Shown: positions 1 to 9,965 of the stretch, piece after piece
Layout: each line of letters begins with the position of its first letter
Numbering within the stretch: the stretch's first letter is position 1
NCBI GenBank assembly: GCA_963733295.1
Contig: CAVTCS010000003.1
Span: 2,528,001-2,592,000, forward strand
Origin: Vulcanimicrobiota bacterium
GTDB taxonomy: Bacteria; Vulcanimicrobiota; Vulcanimicrobiia; Vulcanimicrobiales; Vulcanimicrobiaceae
Length of the DNA stretch: 64,000 nt
Reading direction: 5' to 3'
Program-made: the position numbers and the translations under genes
The notes under the pieces: generated by a model
The model's input: the letters and a program-made list of their open reading frames with translations, nothing else
What the model was told of the DNA's origin: nothing
Database searches by the model: none

Positions 1-91
1 GTTCACAGCATCCGGCTACGTTGACGGCGCACAAGGATTTGGCGGCGATGAAAGCGCGAACCTGAAGATCCCCACGACGAAAGGACTGTCT

Positions 92-472
92 ATGGGAACC
101 CTAGCCGAACAACAGTGCGTTCCATGCCGCGGCGATGTGCCGCCGCTGACGCGAGAGCAACTCGCTCCGTTGGTCGCGCAGATCGACGGGGCGTGGGAAG
201 TGCGCGACGTTCCCGACGAGCGTCGCGGCTCGGTGACGATGCTGAAGCGCGAATACCGCTTCAAAGACTTCAAAGACGCAATGGTCTTTGCGGACGGCGT
301 CGGAGCGATCGCCGAGGAGCAGCAGCATCATCCGGACTTGCACGTGGCTTGGGGGAAGGTCGGCGTGGAAATTTGGACGCATAAGATCGGCGGCCTCACC
401 GAAAGCGACGTGGTCTTCGCTGCCAAGTGCGATGCGCTCTATTCGGATACTTCGGCGAGCGGACTCGCGTAG
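92..472 (+). CDS. phhB: Pterin-4-alpha-carbinolamine dehydratase
   Basis: C-x-P-C N-terminus, 'F.DF..A..F', 'HHPDLHVAWGKV.V..WTH.IGGLTESD...AAK.D' signature; AAGGA SD upstream. Confidence 0.9.
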   Translation: MGTLAEQQCVPCRGDVPPLTREQLAPLVAQIDGAWEVRDVPDERRGSVTMLKREYRFKDFKDAMVFADGVGAIAEEQQHHPDLHVAWGKVGVEIWTHKIGGLTESDVVFAAKCDALYSDTSASGLA

Positions 473-476
473 GCGC

Positions 477-514
477 GTAACCAAAACGTAACCAAAACGT
501 AACCGGAACGGAAC
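477..514 (+). promoter_or_regulatory. Four phased direct repeats GTAAC-n6 (GlnR/OmpR-family-like operator)
   Basis: GTAAC caaaac GTAAC caaaac GTAAC cggaac GGAAC with 11-bp period, in the intergenic region upstream of the NarK gene. Confidence 0.6.
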
Positions 515-570
515 TTTGCTGCACCGTTTCGGTCCCCGAACGCAGAGATGGACGCGATGTGCGTCGAACC

Positions 571-2154
571 ATGGCGAACTCGACGAACCGATTTCAGTCG
601 CTGGACTTGTCGCATTTGAACGTTTTGCATCGCCGTCAGCAAGGGGCCGCCACGCAGAACTCGCGTCAATCCTACATCAATCTTGCCTTGGCGATGGCGG
701 CGTTCACGGTGTCTTTCGCGGCGTGGAGCGTCATCTCGCCGCTTTCCCACCAGATCCAGACCGACTTCAAGCTCGACAACACTTCGATCGGTCTGTTGAT
801 CGCCATGCCGGCACTGCTCGGCGCCTTGATGCGTATCCCGGTGGGTATTCTCACCGACCGTTTCGGCGGCCGCAAAGTGTTCACGGGACTCTTGCTGTTC
901 ATCTTAGTCCCGCTCGTGCTTTTAGGCTTTGCGAACTCGTACGTGGCCTATTTGGTGGGCGGTTTCTTCCTCGGCACGGCAGGAGCAAGTTTTGCGGTCG
1001 GCGTGCCGTTCGTCAGCCGTTGGTTTTCGCGGGACAGGCAAGGCGTGGCGCTGGGCATCTACGGCATCGGCAACATCGGCACGGCGGCCACCGTCTTCGC
1101 GATGGCCCCGCTCGTGCATACACTCGGCGGCCGCCAGGGCGCGATGTGGTTTTTCATGATCCCCGTGGCGCTGATGGCAATCGTCTTTTGGCTGTTCGCC
1201 CGGGATGCACCAGGACTCGTCGAGCCGCAACCGCTCGGCACGAGCATTGCTGCACTTGGTCGTAAGCCGATTGCTTGGCACCTGGGGTTCTTTTACTTCG
1301 TGACGTTCGGCGGCTTCGTTTTCTTCGCTAATTATCTGCCCCAACTGCTCGTCGACTGGTTTCCATCGGACAGGCAAGACGCAGGTTTGCAAGCGGCGAT
1401 CTTTACCATGGGCGCAACTTTGTCTCGACCCGTCGGCGGCTGGCTGGCCGACCAGCTCGGCGGCGCGAAAGTTCTGATTTGGGTTTTTGCGTTCGTCGTC
1501 CTCACGAGACTCATGCTGGCCTGGGAAGCAGGCAACGCGAACATCGTGATCGTTACCGACCTGCTCTTTGCTCTCGCCCTCATCTTCGGATTCGGCAATG
1601 GAGCGGTCTTCAAATTAGTCGCCCAATTCTTCCCGAAGAACACGGGGCTAGCCGCCGGCATCGTGGGCGCGGCGGGCGGTCTCGGCGGCTTCTTCCCACC
1701 CTTGATCATGGGCACGGTGAAAGATCACACCGGCAGCTATGCGCTCGGCTTCATCATACTCGCGGCCTTGGCCGGCCTCTGCCTGGCACTGCTACTTTTC
1801 AACCCTCAAGAGGCACCGGCCGGCGATTCCGCGAGCACGCCTCATTTGACGGACGACACACCGGGCTATCCTGACGGGGCCTTAACGTCGCAATCGGCGC
1901 TCCTATCAGGTCCCGGAATCGACGGCAGGGCAAGGCGAGGTGTTCGGCGCGCGCCCTCAGCAACCCGAGTCCTGACACAAGAAGGCGAAGACAGCGAAAC
2001 CTTTCAGCGCTTAGTCAACTTTCTCGCATATCGCCGGCCCGTCGATCCCAATGCGCTTTCAGTTGGAGCCGCGGCCGATTATCTCGACGCAGCGAGGAAC
2101 GACGCGCGTTCCATCATCGCAATTCTTGAAGGCCGCCGCTCAGAAGACAAATAG
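571..2154 (+). CDS. narK: NarK/NNP-family nitrate/nitrite MFS transporter with ~110-aa C-terminal extension
   Basis: ~12 TM segments; 'RIPVGILTDRFGGR', 'GASFAVG...VSRWF', 'G.ALGIYGIGNIG', 'FGFGNGAVFKLV', 'GAAGGLGGFFPP'; start 571 (ATG) or 559. Confidence 0.85.
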   Translation: MANSTNRFQSLDLSHLNVLHRRQQGAATQNSRQSYINLALAMAAFTVSFAAWSVISPLSHQIQTDFKLDNTSIGLLIAMPALLGALMRIPVGILTDRFGGRKVFTGLLLFILVPLVLLGFANSYVAYLVGGFFLGTAGASFAVGVPFVSRWFSRDRQGVALGIYGIGNIGTAATVFAMAPLVHTLGGRQGAMWFFMIPVALMAIVFWLFARDAPGLVEPQPLGTSIAALGRKPIAWHLGFFYFVTFGGFVFFANYLPQLLVDWFPSDRQDAGLQAAIFTMGATLSRPVGGWLADQLGGAKVLIWVFAFVVLTRLMLAWEAGNANIVIVTDLLFALALIFGFGNGAVFKLVAQFFPKNTGLAAGIVGAAGGLGGFFPPLIMGTVKDHTGSYALGFIILAALAGLCLALLLFNPQEAPAGDSASTPHLTDDTPGYPDGALTSQSALLSGPGIDGRARRGVRRAPSATRVLTQEGEDSETFQRLVNFLAYRRPVDPNALSVGAAADYLDAARNDARSIIAILEGRRSEDK

Positions 2155-2408
2155 AAGGCCGTTCCTTAACGCTTTGGGATCTCGAGCGTTGTACGCATGA
2201 TGCTCACGACGTAGGGATTCCAGGTGGAGACCGTCCAGTAGATCGTGGCTCTGCGGCTCTCCGGTTTGCCCACGTATGCCCACCGTGTTAGGCTGGATTC
2301 TCGTATGTCGCTCGCAGCGCTGCGAAAAATCGTCTCTATGGGAAACGGCAGCTCGTGGATTACGATCACGCTGGGTGCCCACCGAGCCGTAGATGGAAAG
2401 TGCAAACG

Positions 2409-2792
2409 ATGAAACTGGATAGTAAGGGCCTTGGAGTGCTGGGGGCGCTCGTCGTTTTGCTCGGCCTTCCCGCCGGTGCATCCCCGAGTGACACGGATTT
2501 CATGAACCAGGTTAACGCAGCTATGACAAAGATGATGGCTGGGATGAGCGTCGCGCCCTCAGGCAACGTTGATAAGGACTTCGTTGCAACGATGGTGCCG
2601 CACCATCAAGGCGCGATCGACATGGCTCGGGCCGAATTGCGCTATGGGCAGAACGAACAGTTGCGGCGCCTTGCACAGGAGATTATCGTGACGCAGCACG
2701 AGGAAATCGCCGCAATGCGACTCGCCGTGGGCGAGACTCTCCCGCATTCTACACTGACACCGGAACGAATGTCCGAGGAAAGCGAGCGCTAG
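2409..2792 (+). CDS. DUF305 (CopM-like) secreted ferritin-fold protein
   Basis: signal peptide; 'D.DFV..MVPHHQGAIDMA..EL.YG....LRRLAQEII..Q..EI..M'. Confidence 0.85.
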   Translation: MKLDSKGLGVLGALVVLLGLPAGASPSDTDFMNQVNAAMTKMMAGMSVAPSGNVDKDFVATMVPHHQGAIDMARAELRYGQNEQLRRLAQEIIVTQHEEIAAMRLAVGETLPHSTLTPERMSEESER

Positions 2793-2793
2793 C

Positions 2794-4248
2794 GTGGGAC
2801 GCATAACGGTTCGTTTCTTCGTCGTATTGACGTTGTCGTCATTATGCCCGGTGTCGGCGGCCCAGGTTCCGTTTTCGGCGGCTGCGCCCGACGTGCCGAT
2901 CAGCCATCGCGACCGGGTGTACGCGGCGGAGCAGTATTCAAACACGGTCTCGGTCACCGATCCCGTCAGCAACAAGCTTCTGGGCGTTATCCGTCTCGGC
3001 GATCCGTTACCGGGCAACCTGAGCCCGCTCTATACCGGCCAGCTCCTGGTGCACGGCATGGGGTTTTCTCCCGATTTTCGCACGATTGCGGTCGTCGCGA
3101 TCGGTTCGAATTCGGTCAACTTTATCGATACCGCTACGAATGCAGTCAAGCACGTCACCTACGTTGGGCGTTCCCCGCACGAGGCGTTCTTTACGCCGGA
3201 TGGCTCTGAAGTGTGGGTCACGGTCCGCGGCACGAACTACGTCTCGGTGCTCGACGGTGCAACATACAAGGAGAAGACGCGTATCACCGTGCCCAACGGT
3301 CCCGGCATGACGATCTTTTCGCCAGATGGCAAGTACGGGTATGTCTGCTCGTCGTTCACCCCAGAGACGGTGGTCGTGAGCGTCGCCAGCCATCAGATTG
3401 TGGGACGCGTTCCTCAGGCGAGTCCGTTTTGCCCGAATATCGCTGCGACGCCCGACGGGACGCAGGTTTGGTTACGTGAAGGATAGCGGCAAAACCCAAG
3501 TATTTGCTGCCCGCCCGCCGTTCGCTGTTTTAAAACGATCGACACAGGGCCGATTACGAACCACGTCAACATCGTCCACAATGCGAAGGGAACGTTCGCG
3601 CACGTGACGGTCGGTGGGCTGGACCAAGTTCAGGTATTTCGCACGAGCGACTTCGCAAAGGTCGCTACGATCCCGGTGGGCAGACTGCCGCACGGCATTT
3701 GGCCGTCCGGCGACGGGACACGGGTCTACGTCGGGCTCGAGAACGCCGACCAATTGGCTGCGATCGACACGCTGTCGAACACCGTCATTGCAACCATTCC
3801 TATCGGCCAGGCCGCTCAAGCCGTAGTCTACGTGCCGAACGCGGTTCCCCAAGGTGAAGGCGCGCAAGGCTTACAACCATTGGGTATCGCAGGCGAATCG
3901 GCGCAGTTGACGCTCGTGCCCGCGTCGCGCGGAGCCTCCGCAACCGTCGCTCCAACCAGCGTCACGTTGTTCGATCAGGGACTCGTGCAAGTGCTCGAGG
4001 CTGCGGTCTCGGGAATCGAGCCGAACAAGCCGTACGTCCTGGCGCTCTCGAGCCAGCCGGACGGCGGGGGCGTCCTGGAACCGCTCGCAGCGTTCACAAC
4101 CTCTTCCTCCGGATCCGCGATCGTCAACGCGGTTGGCCCCATCCGTCAGGTCGTGCGCTCCGAAGACGGCGCGCGGCGCCGCTACTTGGTGATCGTTGCG
4201 GGGACACCAACTCAACTCGGCGCTCCCGTCCAGATTCAGGCAACTTAG
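2794..4248 (+). pseudogene. YncE/YVTN beta-propeller secreted protein, split by three -1 indels (pseudogene or sequencing error)
   Basis: propeller repeats (NTVSVTD, SPHEAFFTPDG, GPGMTIFSPDG, PHGIWPSGDG) continue across ORFs 2794-3486, a middle frame (KDSGKTQVFAARPPFAVLK) and 3604-4248. Confidence 0.8.
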
Positions 4249-4290
4249 CGGCCGGCGATTCGGCAACGGCGGCGGTGCCAGCACTCGACG

Positions 4291-4668
4291 TCAAGGCGCT
4301 GCGGTAAGTCTCGGTCGAGAATCGCGCACAACTGTGCGATAGTGCCCTGGCGTCATCCCAACGTGGCGGATAAATTGACGCGTAAAATAGCACGTATCGT
4401 TGAAGCCGACCGCGTAGCACGCCGTTGCGACGCGCGCACCCGTCTCGCTGAATAGTTCCTGCGCGGCCGATATGCGTCTCCGAATGATCCACGCGGTAAC
4501 CGGCGTTCCAGTACGCCGCCGGAAAGAATACGTGAGATGGGCAGGCGAGTAGCCTAGCGCTTTGGCGACGTCGCGGAGGCTAATGGGCGCCGCATAGTTC
4601 TGCTCCACGTAGCGCGTCACGCTCCCGACGGCCTGCTCGGTTTCCCATCGAAACGTCGACGATTGCAT
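4291..4668 (-). CDS. Stand-alone AraC-family HTH regulator
   Basis: 'ISLRDVAKALGYSPAHL...FRR.TG', 'ACYAVGFNDTCYFTRQF.R.VGMTP..YR'; no N-terminal sensor domain. Confidence 0.88.
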   Translation of the reverse strand: MQSSTFRWETEQAVGSVTRYVEQNYAAPISLRDVAKALGYSPAHLTYSFRRRTGTPVTAWIIRRRISAAQELFSETGARVATACYAVGFNDTCYFTRQFIRHVGMTPGHYRTVVRDSRPRLTAAP

Positions 4669-4765
4669 GGAAGCACCCCCGCGATAGATGCGCTTTTCCT
4701 TTCTCGCGGACGGAGGCCTGTTCACGAGGAAGGGACTACGTTCTCTCGGAGATACTTTGATTGCG

Positions 4766-5026
4766 ATGGATCCCAAAGCCGTCAAGCCCGGCCAGAAGCT
4801 CGAGCTCTACATCAAGCCCGATTGCCCGTATTGCGCGGAAGCGCGCCGTTACTACGACGGCAAAGGGATCGAGTATAGATTCTACGACGCGCAGAACGAC
4901 CGCGAAGCGCGCAAACGCATGTTCGCGCTCGCGAATGGCGACCCAACCGTTCCTGCGATCGTCGTCGACGGCACGTACGTGCAGTCCGGTTGGGGCTCGC
5001 CACCGGCCGGTTGAACAGTCCACTGA
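4766..5026 (+). CDS. Glutaredoxin-like putative selenoprotein (Uxx-star-like); Sec at TGA 5012-5014
   Basis: CPYC motif, TVPAIVVDG cis-Pro loop, C-terminal GWGSPPAG-TGA-TVH-TGA, downstream SECIS-like hairpin, selA/selB/selC in the same window. Confidence 0.8.
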
Positions 5027-5046
5027 TGCGCCGGTCGGCGCGATCA
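5024..5046 (+). promoter_or_regulatory. Bacterial SECIS-like hairpin
   Basis: TGAT-GCGCC-[GGTC]-GGCGC-G-ATCA; apical loop starts with GG 19 nt after the UGA. Confidence 0.7.
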
Positions 5047-5109
5047 AAGTCGTAGCGACGCTGCAAGCGGGACGGAAGTCGCCGCGCGAAGTCGTCAGTT
5101 AGGAGCGCT

Positions 5110-6303
5110 ATGAATCGTCGATGGTTGGCTACGGCCTGCGCGGGCGCCGCATTCGCGTGCATGGGCGCGAGTTCGGCCACGCCGCCGCCGGGGTTTGCCG
5201 CTGGCTACAACGCCTTCGGTTTTCACCTGCTCGCGAAGCTTCGGAGCAACGAATCCAACGTCTTCATTTCGCCGACGAGCGTCGCGCTGGCGCTGGCGAT
5301 CGTCACCGAAGGTTCGGCAGGCGCGACCCGAACGCAGCTGCTCGCAGCGCTCGGCCAAACGAATGTCAGCCCCGAGGCGTTCGACAGCGAAAACGCGCAG
5401 TTGATGGCCGCGCTGCGCGACGCCGGCAGTGACTTGCAGTTCTCGGTCGCGAACGCGCTGTGGACGAACCCCGACTATCCGCTGCTGCCGCGCTTTGTGA
5501 AGAACAGCGGCGTCGTCTTCGGCGCGACGGCGAAAACGTTGCCGTTCGGAGATCCGAGTGCCGCCGAGACGATCAACGCCTGGGTCAAGGACAACACGTA
5601 CGGCCTGATTCCCGAGATCATCGGCTCGACCAGCAAACGCGACGCACTGATCGTCACCAACGCGATCGCGATGAAGGCCAAATGGCTCGCGCAGTTCGCA
5701 AAGAACGATACGCACGACGCACCGTTCACCACCAGTGACGGAAAGCAAGTGACGGTCTCGCTGATGCGCCGCGAGGGCAGCTACGCTTACGCGCGCGAGC
5801 CGGACTGGCAGGTGGCGCGCCTTCCCTATCGCGGCGACCGCTTTGCGATGTACGTCTTTCTGCCGCGGGCCGGTCTCCCGCTGGGGGACGCGATCGCAAA
5901 ACTCGACAGCAAAGCCTTCGCGTCTGCCCTGGCCGGTTTGACGGAGCAGCACATTCTCTTCGCGATGCCGCGTTTTTCGGCGACGTATAAAGCGGAACTG
6001 AACGCGCCGCTCGCCCAACTCGGCGTTTTAGATGCCTTCGACGCGGGGAGCGCCGATTTCAGCCAAATGCTGCCGCGGCACGGCGCCCACATCAGCGCGG
6101 TGCTGCACCGGACGTTCGTGCGCGTCGACGAGGAGGGCACCGAGGCGGCCGCCGTGACGGCGATCGTCATGAAAGCGCTCGCCGTACCGGTCGCACCCGA
6201 AGAGCAGATGATCGTCAATCGTCCGTTCTTGATGGCGATTCGCGACGACCAAACCGGGCAGATCCTCTTCCTCGGAACGATCGTCGCGCCGAAGGCAGAC
6301 TAG
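5110..6303 (+). CDS. Secreted serpin (serine protease inhibitor)
   Basis: 'NVFISPTS', 'INAWV...T.G.I', 'NAI.MKAKW..QF', hinge 'DEEGTEAAAVT', 'VNRPFL.AIRD..TG.ILFLG.I'; N-terminal signal peptide. Confidence 0.95.
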   Translation: MNRRWLATACAGAAFACMGASSATPPPGFAAGYNAFGFHLLAKLRSNESNVFISPTSVALALAIVTEGSAGATRTQLLAALGQTNVSPEAFDSENAQLMAALRDAGSDLQFSVANALWTNPDYPLLPRFVKNSGVVFGATAKTLPFGDPSAAETINAWVKDNTYGLIPEIIGSTSKRDALIVTNAIAMKAKWLAQFAKNDTHDAPFTTSDGKQVTVSLMRREGSYAYAREPDWQVARLPYRGDRFAMYVFLPRAGLPLGDAIAKLDSKAFASALAGLTEQHILFAMPRFSATYKAELNAPLAQLGVLDAFDAGSADFSQMLPRHGAHISAVLHRTFVRVDEEGTEAAAVTAIVMKALAVPVAPEEQMIVNRPFLMAIRDDQTGQILFLGTIVAPKAD

Positions 6304-6923
6304 GTGACGAGCGGATGGTCGTCGTCGAAGGCGAGTTCCATCGTACGATCGTCTTTGAGTCTAAGAAAACCTCTGCAGAGCATGTGACCTGCAACGCTCG
6401 CGTATTCACGGGGCCGCGCGAGCAAGCCGGCCGAGACGGCCGTCATCCACGTGTTTCCGACGTGCTTGACGAAAGTTGCTGCGCGATCCAGGGCGTAACC
6501 GAGGACGATCGCATGATTCTTTCCGTCTGAAAGTGTGTCGGTGGCGTCATCGTATTGCAGCGGCCGCTCGAATACATCGGAATTCGGATTCGGAACAGCC
6601 GGATTGGCGATGTGCTGACGGAACGCGGCCCAGCGCTCGATATCGGCCTTGAGCGATTCAGGCATCTCGGCGAAGACGACGGGCTTCATCTGGGCAAGGA
6701 TCGCTGCCCCCTCTTTGAGCGACGCGAGTGACACCACAGCTGAAATTGCCAACATGACGCGCACTTCATCGGACATCGATTCCCGCAGCTTACGAACTTC
6801 ATCGTGCGCAAGCGTGGCTTGTCGCACCGCATCAAGCATAAAGTACATGATCCGCTGAATCGGTGCGCCCGGATCGATCACGTCGCCGCGCACTCTAGGA
6901 TGCGCCACTGGCACTTCATGCAT
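6300..6923 (-). CDS. Hypothetical protein
   Basis: ~200-aa ORF filling the gap between convergent/divergent genes; no family recognised; start uncertain. Confidence 0.55.
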   Translation of the reverse strand: MHEVPVAHPRVRGDVIDPGAPIQRIMYFMLDAVRQATLAHDEVRKLRESMSDEVRVMLAISAVVSLASLKEGAAILAQMKPVVFAEMPESLKADIERWAAFRQHIANPAVPNPNSDVFERPLQYDDATDTLSDGKNHAIVLGYALDRAATFVKHVGNTWMTAVSAGLLARPREYASVAGHMLCRGFLRLKDDRTMELAFDDDHPLVT

Positions 6924-7067
6924 CCATTGTAACAAACCGTTCGACCAATCGCGAACCGGCGGCGTTCGAACCAATCTGGACCTCCCGATTCGCCGGGCAG
7001 GGACCTGCGTACCAGGACACGCTGTCGGCGCGAGGAGTCGGACCTAGGGCATGTAATTCTCGGACGC

Positions 7068-8156
7068 ATGCACGTCGGCCGCATCTTCGGCATCGACATC
7101 TACATCGACCTGAGCTGGTTCCTGATCTTCGTGCTCGTCGCGTGGATGCTCAGCAGCGACGTCGGGCCGCTCGGGTCTGCCGGCCTGTCCCTCGGCGATC
7201 GAGCACTGCTCGGAATCCTCACCGCGCTGCTGTTCTTCGCGAGCGTGCTCGCGCACGAGTTGGCACACTCCGTCGTGGCGCGCATGCGCGGACTGCCGGT
7301 CAAGCGCATCACGCTCTTCATCTTCGGCGGCGTTTCGCAGATCGGCGCCGATTTCGGGAGCGCGGCGGGCGAGGGATGGATCGCGTTTGTCGGGCCGCTC
7401 ACGAGCATGGTTGTCGCGGTGCTTTTCTACTTTATCGCACAAGCGCTCGGCACCCATTCGCCTGTGGGCCTCGCCGCGGGTTATCTGGCCTGGGCGAACG
7501 GAATTCTCGCTATCTTCAATCTCTTGCCCGCCTACCCGCTCGACGGCGGCAAGGTTCTGCACTCGCTCATCTGGAGCGCAACCGGCGATCGCCGGCGCGC
7601 TACCCGGATCGCGGCGGCGATCGGGCAAACCATCGCTCTCGCCATGGTAGCGCTTGGCATCTTCACGTCGTTCACCGTCAGCTTCTTCAACGGCTTGTGG
7701 TTTACGCTCATCGGCTTGTTCCTCTTCCAGGCCGCTAAGGCGGAGGCGTATCAGTCGGAGCTTGCTTCGACGCTACACGGACAGACGGCGAGCGCACTCG
7801 CGACCAGCCCGCCCCCGCCGCTATCACCCGACACCAACGCGCGCGCCGCAACCGAAGCGCTCTTACACAGCGGACAACGCGCAGCGCCGGTGGTCGCGGA
7901 TGGCCGGCTCGTCGGCATGATCACGCTGACCGATCTCGCGCGCGCTCATGCGAGCGCGCCGGAGGCACTCGTGTCCGCGTTGATGACGCCGGCCGCGCAG
8001 CTCAAGAGCGTCACGCCGGCAAGTGATTCGATGGAAGCGCTCAGTTCGCTCGCGCAGAGCGGGTATCACCAGCTCCCGGTCATCGACGAGACGGGTGCGG
8101 TCGTCGGGTTTATCACGCGCGAAGGCTTGCTCCAACGCCTCGCACTGTCACGCTAA
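7068..8156 (+). CDS. Site-2 protease (M50) with tandem CBS domains (Rip3-like)
   Basis: HELAH zinc motif, NLLPAYPLDGG, C-terminal CBS pair. Confidence 0.92.
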   Translation: MHVGRIFGIDIYIDLSWFLIFVLVAWMLSSDVGPLGSAGLSLGDRALLGILTALLFFASVLAHELAHSVVARMRGLPVKRITLFIFGGVSQIGADFGSAAGEGWIAFVGPLTSMVVAVLFYFIAQALGTHSPVGLAAGYLAWANGILAIFNLLPAYPLDGGKVLHSLIWSATGDRRRATRIAAAIGQTIALAMVALGIFTSFTVSFFNGLWFTLIGLFLFQAAKAEAYQSELASTLHGQTASALATSPPPPLSPDTNARAATEALLHSGQRAAPVVADGRLVGMITLTDLARAHASAPEALVSALMTPAAQLKSVTPASDSMEALSSLAQSGYHQLPVIDETGAVVGFITREGLLQRLALSR

Positions 8157-8172
8157 GCACTAGGAGAATTCC

Positions 8173-8403
8173 ATGACCACTCACCCTGCCGTCGAGTCTC
8201 ATCGGCTTGCAGCCAAACACCACCAGTCCGCCGCAGATTATCACGAGCTCGCCGCGAAGCGGTACGAGCACGGCGATCACGCCCAAGCGGCCCACTACGC
8301 GCTGCTAGCCCAGGCGCACGCGTTGCACGCTGCCGGCTTCATGTCGGATGCGGCAAAAATCCACGCGGAACAACACGGCGGAAACAAGCACGCCCACTCC
8401 TAA
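8173..8403 (+). CDS. Small His/Ala-rich helical protein
   Basis: AGGAG SD; repeated H..AA.HH pattern. Confidence 0.8.
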   Translation: MTTHPAVESHRLAAKHHQSAADYHELAAKRYEHGDHAQAAHYALLAQAHALHAAGFMSDAAKIHAEQHGGNKHAHS

Positions 8404-8414
8404 AGTCCGAGCGG

Positions 8415-8437
8415 GGAGTCGGCTCGTGCGCCGGCTC

Positions 8438-8438
<1 letters not shown>
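8415..8438. terminator. Hairpin between convergent genes (possible bidirectional terminator)
   Basis: GGAGTCGGC-tcgtgc-GCCGGCTCC; no clear U-tract. Confidence 0.35.
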
Positions 8439-9712
<1,274 letters not shown>

Positions 9713-9940
9713 GCGGTCTGCCTCCTGGGAAAGCGGATCCCGTTTTCAGGACATTTGTCCAACGCGGGACTTTACTTTCCCAAGCTACGTCCATTGACGC
9801 GGGCTCCCTTCAGCGGACTCCCTCGCCGCTCGCAAGAGCGTGGGCCGGCTCACCTATGGCGGAAGGCTACGGACCGTCATGGTCCGCCAAGAACGTTGGC
9901 ATTGCGCGCGCGACGATCCCCGACCGCAGCCCACGGCTGG

Positions 9941-9965
9941 TGTCCAGAAACCGCGGGTCGCTTCA
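9941..9965 (+). mobile_element. Solo IS3-family terminal inverted repeat remnant
   Basis: tgtccagaaaccgcgggtcgcttca shares a 17-nt exact match with the reverse complement of the IS end at 58322-58347 and ends in CA. Confidence 0.55.

Noticed and set aside
476..515. Direct repeats as a CRISPR array
   Set aside because: 11-bp contiguous units without spacers; no cas genes. No CRISPR array was seen anywhere in the window.
2166..2405. 79-aa minus-strand ORF between narK and DUF305
   Set aside because: No recognisable motif or SD; cannot be supported as a gene.
5024..5112. Read-through of the second UGA (second Sec)
   Set aside because: No suitably placed second SECIS, and the extension has no protein-like motif.
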